This document shows, piece by piece, positions 27,627-39,800 of a stretch of 64,000 nucleotides of DNA (the first letter of the stretch is position 1; each line of letters begins with the position of its first letter). A program made the position numbers and the translations under genes. Origin of the DNA: the human T2T-CHM13v2.0 reference genome, Homo sapiens; assembly GCF_009914755.1 (NCBI RefSeq), contig NC_060947.1. One strand, written 5' to 3'. The notes under the pieces are model-generated. The model saw only the letters and a list, made by a program, of their open reading frames with translations, searched no databases and was not told the DNA's origin.

Positions 27627-28765
27627 TAGCCTAACTTCCACTCATTTGGATAAGACTAAACACAAGGTAAAATCATAATCAGATGAACAGGTAAATATAG
27701 TTTACACTAACCAAGCAATCCGGTATGAACAAATTTAACTAGTCTCAGAATTATGTGGGTTCGATTGGCCTAATTTCACTTGTGACATTCCACCTTATTT
27801 GTGTAATACTGCTACTACACTGAGATTTATCCTTTGAATCACAGCACACCAGCGAGCCATATCTTCAGTGGGATATAATGAAGGTATAATCACAGAGCAT
27901 GCGAGTAAAGTCCCCAGCAGCCTACACATGCCAATTATTCAACATTACATTTGGATGCAATTTTATTTTCCCATCGGTTGTCTAGTCAGGTAATAGATGG
28001 TAAACCTTTTTAATCCTCTTACTGATTAATAATAAAATAGCCAAGGATGTAATAATTTCTAATGGGTTTTCAATTCTATATGTTTCCAGCTTATATTTAA
28101 GAGTCAACATTAAAAAAAAAAAAAAAACAAGAAAAGCAAAATCTTACTTCAGAAAAATTTTAGGTACTTCCTTTAGCCTGAAAAGAAAATGCTAACACCA
28201 ATTATAATACATTTCTTGTATAATGTTTATTCAACTAATTTTACCTCATCCTTCTCCTAGTGTCTGAGTAACTGCATTGGAACCCATTGGGAACGTGCAG
28301 TACTGGCCACATTACTGTAGCTGACTGAGTCACATCCTTGGATTCCCAGAATTTTCTAATCTTTTGCTTTTAGGAGAAAGTAAATAAATATGAAGTATTT
28401 ATTCTTTAAAAGCAGCTTCATATGGATATATTGAGAAACAAAAATGTAATTACTAATCTGTATTTTCTATATCTATAGGGTAAGCAATGAAAATTATGTA
28501 AATAAGAGTACCCTGAGTGCCTGCAAAGCATGACATTCACAAAGTCATCTATTTAGTTAAGAAGAAAGTAGTACATACAGTCCATGATCCAAGTGATGCA
28601 GTCAGACAGGGCACCCAAATTGATCCTAGATGGGAGCTTGGCAAAAGATAAGCTAGGTTGGTAAGTCCAACAGGCTTTAAACGTGGTATGAGGTACCTCT
28701 TGCCCAGAATTTCCTTGAGTCAAGCTACAGGCAGATACTTAAATTTATGCTCGAAAACAGTGCTT

Positions 28766-29240
28766 CTATTCACAATAGCAAAGATATGGACTCAACCTAA
28801 ATGCCCATCAATGGTAGACTGAATGATGAAAATGAGGTACATATATGTACACCATGGAATACTATGCAGCTATGAAAAATAATGAGATCATGTCCTTTGC
28901 ATCAACACAGATGGAACTGGAGGCCATTATCCAAAGCAAATTAACACAGGAACAGAAAACAAAATACTGAGTGATCTCACTTATAAGTGGGGGCTAAACA
29001 TTGAGTACACATGGACACAAGGAAGGGAACAACAAACAACAGGACCTACTTGAGGACAGAGGGTGGGAGGAGGGTGAGGATCAAAAAACTACCTATTGGG
29101 TACTATGCTTATTACTTGGGTGATAAAACAATATGCACACCAAACCCCTGCAACATGCAGTGTACCTATAAAATAAACATGCATGTGTACCCCTGAACCT
29201 AATATAAAATTTTGAAAAAAACAGGAAAAAATAAAATAAA
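28766..29240 (+). mobile_element. Short 5'-truncated L1PA15/16-like 3' end
   Basis: L1 3' UTR gagggtgaggatcaaaaaactacctattgggtac; TSD aaaacagtgctt on both sides. Confidence 0.9.
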
Positions 29241-29454
29241 ACAGTGCTTGATATCATCAGGTACAAGAACCCAAATTGGATTGCTTATTTAGACAAGAGG
29301 AAGAAAAAATGAAGCTACACATGGATGTATTGAGAAATAAAAATGTAATTGTTATTCTGTGTCCTCTACATCTACAGAAGTAGGCAATGAAAATTATAGT
29401 AACTCTTTATCAGATGTTAATGTGATCTGATATTATCATATTATAATATCGGAT

Positions 29455-30495
29455 AAAGAGTTAATATCTGATAAAGAGTTAATATCTAAAATACCTAAGG
29501 AACTCAGACAATTCAATAGCAAGAGAACAAACTGACTTAAAAATGACCTAAGAGCTTAAATGGACATTTCTCAAAGTAAGACATACAAATGGCCAGCAAA
29601 TACATGAAAAAATGCTCAGCACCACTAAACATTGGGACAAGCCAATTAAAAACACAATGAGATATTACCTCATATTAGTCAGAATGGCTATTATAGAAAA
29701 AGACAAAATATTAGTGCTGGTGAGGATGCAGAGAAAAGGGAACTCTTGTACACTGTTGGTGGGAATGTAAATTAGTACAGCCATTGTGGAAAATGGTATG
29801 GAGGTTCATCAAAAAACAAAAAGTAAAACTACCATATGAGCCATCAATCCCTCTCCTGGTTATATAGCCAAAGGATTTGGAATCAATATTTCAAAGAAAT
29901 ATCTGCACTACCATGTTTATTGCAGCACTATTCACTATATCCAAGGTATGGAATCAACCTAGGTGTCCATCAACAGATGAATGGACAAAGAATATGTGGT
30001 ATATATACACAATGGAATACAATTCACCTTTTTAAAATCAGAAGAAATTTTGTCATTTCTGAAAACATTGATGAACCTGGAGGACATTATGCTAAGTAAA
30101 ATAATCCAGGCACAGAAAAACAAATATTGTAGGATTTCACTTACACGTGGAATCCAAAACAATTGAACTTATGGAAACAAAGAATACACTGGTAGTTACC
30201 AGATGCTGGGGGTGTGGGTAATGGTGTTGGTCAAAGAGTATAACATTTCAGTTAGACAGGAGGAATACATTTTTTGAGATTTATGGCACAGAATGATGAC
30301 TGTAGGTAACAATAATGTATTCTTGAAAATTGCTAAGGGAGTAAACTTCAAATGTTCTCTCCACAAAAAAGATAAATATTTGAGGTGATGAATATGTTAA
30401 TATACTTGATTTAATCATTCCACATTGTATACATATATCATGACATCACATTTTATCCCATAAATATATACAGTTATAATTTGTCAATTTATAGC
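29455..30495 (+). mobile_element. 5'-truncated L1MA-type (ORF2 end plus 3' UTR)
   Basis: gacatttctcaaag..agacatacaaatggcc, aacctggaggacattatgctaagt and tttcagttagacaggagg. Confidence 0.85.
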
Positions 30496-31544
30496 AAAAT
30501 ACAGTATTAGATTGCTTATCCCCAATACAAGGTAGAAAGCAGTGGGTAATGACTGGAATCAAGATGAGAAGGTCTACAAAAAAACGATAAGGAAGAGTAA
30601 TGAGATAAGATATGGATAAGTGGCTTGGACTCCTGTTTTGGACTGTTGTTTATCCAGAAATGAACTTTGGATAGTGGTAGCTTTTAAACAGACTAATAGT
30701 AGGATTTTGTGTGGAATGAGCCAATCAGTTTAAAGGGAGCTAGGCACTGTGGAAAGATTCTAGGCTTATATTCTAGGTTATTTTGAAGGCTAAACCTTAA
30801 GCAGAAGCCAAAATCAGGAATCAGAAAAAAATAAAGACTCAAGGCATTAAGAGACAGAAACATCAACAGTGGAAAGAATGGTCAAACCAATGTTACCAAA
30901 TTGTGCTTTTCTCATTGTGATTTGCTTTGAACAAGTTACATGTATGTGTGCCTTAAGGACACAAACCAAAACCTGATTGGCACAATAATGCCATCATCAA
31001 TATGCAGCTCCACAAGGTAGAAAAAGGGGGCTGAGAGGTTTTCCCATCCAAGTGAAGCAGAGAGGATTTTTATCCCCAATCTTCAGTTAACTATATTATT
31101 AACTCCATTGATTCTTAAACATTCAAACTAGTTTAGATTCAGTTTTAGTTTTGCTATTTTATTTTGCCTTCTTAATTGAAAATTTCTATCTATATACTTT
31201 ATCAAGCATAAATATTGATGCTTCCTTCAATAAAATTAGGTCCCTTAATCTGTTCTCTGTGTGTGTGTGCACGTGAGTGCATATGGACATGCCTGAATTT
31301 AGCTATTATAACAGTTCGATTCTAAAAATATTCACCCCTGCATAAAAATAATTAATCCACAAGCATACCTCAGGTCTGTGGAGCTGAATATTAAACATGC
31401 TAACCAAGAAATTCAGTAAAATTGTAATACCGTATGTAGAAATCCTCTTTAAAACTCACCAGCGGTAGTTCAACTAAATGCTTGCCATTTTGCCCTTAGT
31501 TAAAAATATTTCCTTTCAAGCAAACATAGTAAGACAGGAAGCAA

Positions 31545-31780
31545 AGTGTAGTGAGAAAAACACATGCTCTGGAGGTTTCACATTTGCATTTAGATCTCAG
31601 CTCTGCTACTTACTAACTCAGTAAAGTTAAGCGACCTCTCTCTACATTAGCTTTTCCACAAGAAAAATGGGGATCATAGTAATACCTACCTTCTAGGGTT
31701 GATGTGTGTATCTGATGTATATGAAGGATCCCAGTAGAGTATTAGGTAGATGCAAGGCCTCAGCAAATGTTAGTTCTTCT
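31545..31780 (+). mobile_element. MIR SINE
   Basis: ctcagctctgctacttacta...aaaatggggat...aatacctacct. Confidence 0.65.
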
Positions 31781-31907
31781 TAATTCCTTTCCTAAGACTG
31801 TGGACGTATGTTTCTGAAGTGATATGCAAGGCTGTAAGTCTGCATGACTTCATGAATATATCTGAGTGTTATAACTAATAGAGAGAAATGGGGACGCGGT
31901 GCCCCTT

Positions 31908-32257
31908 TGATATGGTTAGGCTTTGTGTCTCCACCCAAATCTCATCTTGAATTGCAATCCCCATAATCCCCATGTGTCAAGGGAGACACCAGGTGGAGGT
32001 GATTGAATCATGGGGGCAGTTTTCCCCATGCTGTTCTCATGATAGTGAGTGAGTTCTCATGAGATCTGATGGTTTTATAATGGGCTCTTCCCCCTTTGCT
32101 CCGCACTTCTCCTTCCTGCCTTCTCCTTCACCTTCTGCCATGATTGTAAGTTTCCTGACACCTCCCCAGTCACGCTGAACTGTGAGTCAGTTAAACCACT
32201 TTTCCTTTATAAATAACCAGGCAGTTCTTTATAACAGTATGAAAATGGATCAATACA
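31908..32257 (+). mobile_element. THE1 (C-like) solo LTR
   Basis: tgatatggttaggctttgtgtc.ccacccaaatctcatcttgaattg...aataca; TSD ccctt/ccctc. Confidence 0.92.
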
Positions 32258-33181
32258 CCCTCCATTTATCAACTGAGTTATGGATTGCGTTTGGTTTGTC
32301 CTGGCCTCACGTGTGCTAAGGAGAGCGCTCTTGCAGCAAACAAGCATCCAATATCCTCCTCCACATTGCACTTCTCTATAGCCCAATATTCAAAGAATCT
32401 CATTTCAATATTTGTCATCGAGTCTTTGTTCTATAGATGAAACTACTCTGAAATCCAGAAACACAGCTTGATAACTGATGCTCTTATGATCTTTTACATT
32501 GGAGTTTTACTAAATAAAGATCTGTTATTATTTATGCCCTCACCAATCCTTTCCAAATAGGAAGTTGCTTTATACTAAATAGTTGGCCAAACAAACAAAG
32601 AAAATGTATACATCAGATGGTCCAGCCATTTCTCTACTGAGTAACCCTTACTGTCAAGAAATACATATGTCTGATAAACTTTTATTGTATTCATCACCTT
32701 TTTTCCTCCCAAGAATCGTCCATATGCTTAATAAACATTATTACATTGTTTTCCTTTTCATTCTCTTGGTTAAATCACATCAAGGTATTTCTCTTTGTTT
32801 TCTTTAGATTTGATCTTTTAAAATTCCTTAAGTGTGATCAGAAGATAATCATTGATTTTTATTATTTTTTATTTGTTTAGGCAAAAGTATTGGCTAACAT
32901 CATAAATTGGAATTCCAAGTTTCATATTATTTAATGCCACTTATCACTTAGTGACATGGCAGAGAATGATGAGTTCTATTAATAACAATGGAACATGCAG
33001 CTAGAAATGAGAAATGAATTCCAGCTCTAAAAGCCTTGTATATTTGAGGACCAGAAATGCCTATGAGTTCACATAATTATTGTTTTCACCTACCATCACA
33101 GGAAATTGAGTCAAACAAAGCAATGATAACAGTTTAAATTTAAATCATGTCCCAGCTTGAGCTCAAAAAAATGTAGATCAG

Positions 33182-33565
33182 GGCTGGGCACAGTGGCCTC
33201 ACACCTATAATCTCAGTGCTTTAGGAGGCCAAAGCACGAGGATCACTTGAGACTAGCATAAGGAGGCCCTGCCTATACAAAAAATAAAAATAAATTAGCT
33301 GGGCATGGTGGCATACACTTGTAGTCCTAACTATTTGGGAGGCCAAGGCAAGAGGATCACTTGAGACTAGCATAGGGAGGCCCTGGCTATACAAAAAATA
33401 AAAATAAAAATTAGCTGACCAGGGTGGCATACACCTGTAGTCCTATTTGGGAGGCTAAGGCAGGAGGATCACATGAGCCCTGGAGTTGGAGGCTGCAGCG
33501 AGCTATGATCACACCATTGCATTCTAGCCTGGATAACAGGGCAAGACCTTGTCTCAAAAAATAAA
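33182..33565 (+). mobile_element. AluJ with a ~114-bp internal tandem duplication
   Basis: AluJ-type ggatcacttgag and gctatgatc; duplicated units 33224-33337 and 33338-33449; TSD gtagatcag. Confidence 0.9.
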
Positions 33566-34590
33566 GTAGATCAGCTATGTTTTATATCTTTATGAAGGAA
33601 GGAGAAACAAGGACAAACTGGGGATAGCTCTTTCCTATCTCAATGGATTGTTATTTTTTTTTCTTACTGCCAATGTCTAACAGATTATATTTCCTGTTGA
33701 GTGTCAGGAGTTGGAGGGATATTGCCTCTCAGACATATCACTGTATATCTGCTCCCTTTGGAAAACCTGGATGCTCATCCTGGCCTCTTCTCAAAGGGAA
33801 ACAGAAAATAGAGACAACAGTTATCTTGCACTTTGTGTCCCCAAAACAGCCAAAAGTACCAGGTTTTACAGCCCTTCTGTGGGAATGTGGTATTGTAGTT
33901 TACAATTTGGCAATCCTGTTTTGAAAATGAAACTGAACTCAGGAGACAGCATGGTGGCCTGAGTTCTAATTCTGCTTCTGCCTGTAATAATTATGAGACC
34001 GTGGGAAAAAAATCTGATCTTTCTGGATAGCAGTTAGTTATTCCAGTTTGCCAGATGAAGACACTGAATACAAGCGCTTCTCCACTTTGCTACTTAAACT
34101 TTTCTCAGTCAACTATTTAAAATTGCATTTTAAACTCACACTCTAAGAGAAAACTTCCCCATCCTCATGGTGGTTGTTTTATCAGTATTCTCTGCTTTTC
34201 TGCCAAATTTATCATGTGGATGTGTCTCTCTGTCTACATTTTATTCATATTTAATACGGGTGATGATTCAATATGCAGAACCGTAATTTGTGACATCACA
34301 ATAGTTCACACATTCATAATTTTAACTTTAAACCTACGATTACACATTAATTATGAATAGCACAGTAGAGACTATTTGAGTCCCAATTCTGAATCATTAA
34401 AAGACAAAGGCATGGTAAGTTACCTCTATTAAAATATATGTAACTCTGGGAGATGTTAATATCCATTTTGGGAGCCAAGTGTTGTATTCACTCAGAGAAC
34501 AATATAGCTAACCATGATTAACTCTAAAAGAGGTGAGAAACTCAATGTCTCTGTACGTTATTATTATAACTGAAAGTTATTAAAGTAGAA

Positions 34591-34651
34591 TGTTTCAACC
34601 CAGAATGTTTGACATAGATACACACACTATGTCAAATTCTGGGTTAAAACA
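34591..34651. repeat. ~25-bp imperfect inverted repeat with a 9-nt loop
   Basis: tgtttcaacccagaatgtttgacatag / ctatgtcaaattctgggttaaaaca. Confidence 0.9.
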
Positions 34652-34696
34652 CTGATTCACTGATTTTTTTTCTTTATGTGATAAAGAAACTTCTCG

Positions 34697-34820
34697 TTTA
34701 AGATTCCACATATAAGTGAGATCGCAAAGTATGTTTTTTCTGTCTCGCTTATTGCGTGTTGAAACATCATGTTGTATGCCTTAAATATGTGCTATTAAAT
34801 GTTTAAAATAAAAATAAACT
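34697..34820. mobile_element. Very short L1MA 3' end with inverted 5' part
   Basis: Minus-strand L1 piece agattccacatataagtgagat joined to a plus-strand terminus aaacatcatgttgta..cttaaatatg and an A-rich tail. Confidence 0.6.
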
Positions 34821-35679
34821 AGTTTTAAATGCAAAAAAATGCATACTAAGTTACAGGACATTTTAAAAGTTGCTGAATCCTCTAAAAAGTGACATCTTTC
34901 TGATTCCAAAAAGGTGCTTTTTCTTCCATCTCATGTACACTTTCAAAAGGCATACATTTTTAAGATCCTGCTAATATACATCAGCTGAAGCTTACCACCC
35001 ACAAAGGCTCTCTTTTCCGATGTTGTACTTACCACCTAGGCTTTTCTTTCGAAATCCCAAAGAGCTTTGAAATCACGGAGAGCTTTATTTCCTTCTTGCA
35101 GACAGACAAATGATGTGGAAAAGGTTAAGTGACATTGTCAAACATGGAACATCAAGTCAGAATGGAGTCAGGGACTGAACCTAAATGTTTGCCACAACAA
35201 AAGGGTTACTTATTAGCCACCCGGATGCTCTTTAAAATCTCCTTCCAAAAAGCATCGTTGAAGGTATCGTTTCTGATATATCTTGTATAGGGAAGCAGAT
35301 GTTATCTGTATGCAACATCAGGCACTAAATTGCAAATTATTAAGTGTAATTAAGTGTCCTCTAAAGTAACTGAGTCTGACACTTCCCAAACTTTTCTTGC
35401 TCCTACTCTCTCAGTGTCTTAAATCTGAGAAACTATCTGGACTCTATACCAAAACAAGAGCCAATCTGTAACAAACTTTCTTGCATCCACACAGTGCCAC
35501 AGTTGATTTCATTTTTCTTTTTTCAAATGTATGCATCATCTCAATGAGCCAAGGAAAGAAAAAGAATGCGTAACCTTGAATCAGGAGAGAATTAGGGAAG
35601 ATAACTAAAAGTTATGCTAGAAAAGTCTCTTTGAAATATATTGTATACATGTATTTTGGTAATCATTAGTGATGTTGAT

Positions 35680-36078
35680 AAATATCCCAGCTCTTGTCTC
35701 CTTTCAGGTAAATGACAGATTATACTTCCTTGCTTCCTTTTAAATTAGGCATGGCCATGTGATTTGCTTTGGTCAATGAAATATAAGTGGAACTGAGGCA
35801 TAATGGAAGTAATATGTGTGGGTGTGTCACTTCCAGGTGGAAGCTTTCAGAACAGGGCGTAACTGACCATGTTCTCCTCCCCTTGCCACAGTGACCTGGG
35901 AAGCACATATTGAGATGAAGTCTCCATCACCCTGGAGCCTGGAGTGGCCAGGTGAAGTAGAAGCCCCTGCTCAGCCACATTTTGTGTGCAGCATGAGTGA
36001 AAAACAACCTTTTGATGTGTTAAGCCACTGAGATTTGTTTTCATTTTTACCATAGAATGACTGAGGCTATCCTGATGA
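35680..36078 (+). mobile_element. MLT1 (I/J-like) LTR
   Basis: ggccatgtgatttgctttggtcaatgaaat...gtgtcacttcc...ttaagccactgagattt. Confidence 0.75.
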
Positions 36079-36359
36079 ATTCATTCATTCATTCATTCAT
36101 CAATATGTTCACACAGTTTTTTTGAGGGGCTAATTTTAGAAAGTAGTAGGCATGCCTGTTCTTCTAGACAAAAGGAAAAGATGATGAAGCCCTGGATAGG
36201 ATTGGAGGTGGCGGGAGTCAAATTGTTGAGAAAATCTCTATCTCATGGTGTCTATTTTCCTAATGGTGCTGGAGATCTGGAGAGGAAGTATTGTAAACTA
36301 ACACCTGGTTCCTACTAGGGGCAGGAGACCAAAGTTACTTGGAAATAAGTACGGATCTA

Positions 36360-36737
<378 letters not shown>

Positions 36738-36847
36738 TCAAAACCAATAGACAATGAGAGAAAAGGTCAGAAGAAGGGAAAGCCACAGAAGCCTGTGTAG
36801 AGAAAGGGATGTTAAGCTGGATCTAAAAAGTGTTACTTGGAAAAATA

Positions 36848-39800
36848 GGTCTCAGAAGGTGGAGCAAGATAGTAGAATAGAAAGCTCCATTGATAGGTTC
36901 CCCACACCCCCCGCCAAGCAAGGACATCAAGTTAACAACCATCTGCACAGAAAGAAACACGTTCATAAGAACCAAAAATCAGAAAAGCACTTATAGTCCC
37001 TGGTTTTACTTCATATGGCTGAAGGAGGCACTGAAGAGATAGAGAAAAACAGTCTGGAATCGCTGATGCCATCCCCCAGCAGCAGTGGCAGCATGGTACA
37101 GAGAGCATCTCTGGGACTTGGGGGAGGGAGAACGCAGTAATTGTGAGACATTGAACTCAGTGCTGTCCTGTTAGAGAAGAAAGGAAACCCAAACCAAACT
37201 CAGCTGATGCCCACCCACTGAAGGAGCATTTATATCCACCCTAACCAGAGTGAAATCTATCCCAGTGGTCAGACCTTGAGTGCCTGCAAACCTCACAACC
37301 TAGGGCTATAGAACTCTGTGTTTTCAAGTAAACATGGAAGGCAGCCTAGGCCATAGAGACAGCAACTCATAAGCAAGTCGTAGTGCTGAACTAGGCCCAG
37401 AGACATTAGACTGAGGGTAGGGCATGCAACATACTGAGACATCAACTAGGGCAGCCACGTTCAGAATTCTGGCATCACCCCTCCCATAGCCCCATGCTGC
37501 ACAGCTCAGGGCTCCAAAAGAGACCCATTCCTTCCACTTGAAAAGAGGAGAGGGAAGAGTGGGGAGGACTTTGTCTTGTATCTCAAATACCAGCTCAGCC
37601 ACAGCAGAATAGGTCACTGGTCAGGGTTTTGAGGCCCCTACTCCAGGCCCCAGCTCCCAGATGACACTATTAGACACACCTTGGACCAGAAGGCAACCCG
37701 CTGCCTTGAAGGAAAGGACCCAGCCCTGGCAGCATCCATCACCTGCTAACTGAAGAGGACTTGGGCCCTGAATAACCAACAGTGATACCCAGGCACCATA
37801 TTGAGGGGCTTGGGTGAGCCTCTGAGAGTCGCTGGCTTCAGGTATCAGCATGGCCACAGTGAGGTAGAGCACCAAGCAGGCTCTTGGGGTCTGTAATTCC
37901 AGGAGTTGACTTGTGGACAGCACTTTTGGACCCGCCCTGGGCCAGAGGGGAGCCCACTGCCCTGAAACTTGAGTCCCAGGCCAGGCAGCATTCACCACAA
38001 GATGATTTGAGAGGTCTTGGACCTTAAGGGAAGATCGGGGGTAGTCTGGCAGTACTTCTCATGGACTGGGGTAGTGGTGGCTGTGGGGTGAGGCTCTTCT
38101 GCCTTTGGAAAGGGGACGAAAGAGTGTGAACATCTGTGCTCTGTGGTTTGAGTGCCAGCTCAATCGCAGTACAATAAAACACCAGGTAGATGTCTAAGGT
38201 TTTTGATGCTAGACCCTGTCTCTTGGACAGCACTTCTGGAACAGCCTGGGTACTGGGGGAAATCGCTGCCCTGAAGTGAAGAAAATAGGCCTAGCTGGCT
38301 TTGTCACTTGCTGATTTTACAGCCCCAGGGCCTTGAGAAAACATAGGCAGTAGCCAGGGAGTGGTTACAGCAGGCCTTGGGCAAGACCCAGCACTGTGCT
38401 GACTTCAGGTCTGTCCCAGAATAGTCATAGTGCTGGTGGCCACGGGGGTATACATGTGTCACCCCACCCCCAGCTTTAGGTGGCTTAGAACAGAGAGAAT
38501 GACAATCTGTATATTTCTTTCAGGCTATTTGAAAATGCACAGTCAGAGGAGACAACAGAATAAGAAACAATGAAACATGCCTACATGGTCTAGAAAATAA
38601 CTTCAGAAGGGCAAATCTGAGACTTACTGGCCTTAAAGAGAGAGTAGAGAAAAATACAGGGGTAGATAGCTTATTCAAAGGGATAGTAACAGAGAACTTC
38701 CCCAAACTAGAAAAAGATATCAATATCCAAGTACAGGAAGGTTATAGAAAACCAAGTAGATTTAACCTCAAAGAAGACTACCTGAAGGCATTTAATAATC
38801 AAACTCCCAAAGGTCAAGGATAAGAAATGGATCCTGAAAGCAGTGAGAAAATAAGAAACAAATAACATACAATGGAGCTCCAATATGTCTGGCAGCAAAG
38901 TTTTCAAGGTAAACCTTACAGGCCAGGAGAAAGTGACATGACATATTTAAAGTGCAGAAGGAAAAAACTTTTACACTAGAATATTATATCCAGCTAAATT
39001 ATCCTTCAAACATGTAGGAGAAATAATGACTTTCTCAGATAAACAAAAGCTATTGGATTTCATCAGTACTAGACCTATCTTAAAAGAAATGCTAAAAGCA
39101 GTACTTCAATCAAAACAAAAAGGACGTCAGTGAGCAATAAGTAATCACCTGAAAATACAAAACTCACTGGTAATAGTAAGTACACAGAAAAACACAAAAT
39201 ATTTTAACACCATGACAGTGGTGTGTAAACTACTTTTATTCTATGTAGAAAGACCAAATGGTGACTCAATCAAAAATAAGAACTGTAACAACTTTTCAGT
39301 ACATAGTAAAATAACAGATAAATAAAAAAAAAAACCAAAAAGTTAAAAAGCAGGGGAACAAAGTTAAGGCATAAAAGTTTTATTTATTCCCTTTTTGCTT
39401 GTTTGTTTAGGCAAATAGTCTTAAATTGTTATCAGGTGAAATAATGGGTTACAAGTCTTCCAGAAAAAAAGAAAAAACCCAGAACCTGATGGCTTCACTG
39501 CTGAATTCTATGAAACATTTAAAGAGCTAATACTAATCCTACTCAAACTATTCCAAAAAATAGAGGAGAAGGGAAGACTCCCAAAGTCATTAACAATAGA
39601 ATGAAGGATAAAACACCACATAATTATTTCAATTGATGCTGAAAAAGCAGTTGAAAAAATGTAACACTCCTTCATAATAAAAGCCCTCAAAAAACTGGGG
39701 ATAGAAGGAACATACCTCAACATAATAAAAGCCACACATGACAGACCCACAGCTAGTAGTATCACACTGAACAAGGAAAAACTGAAGCCTTCCTCTAAGA

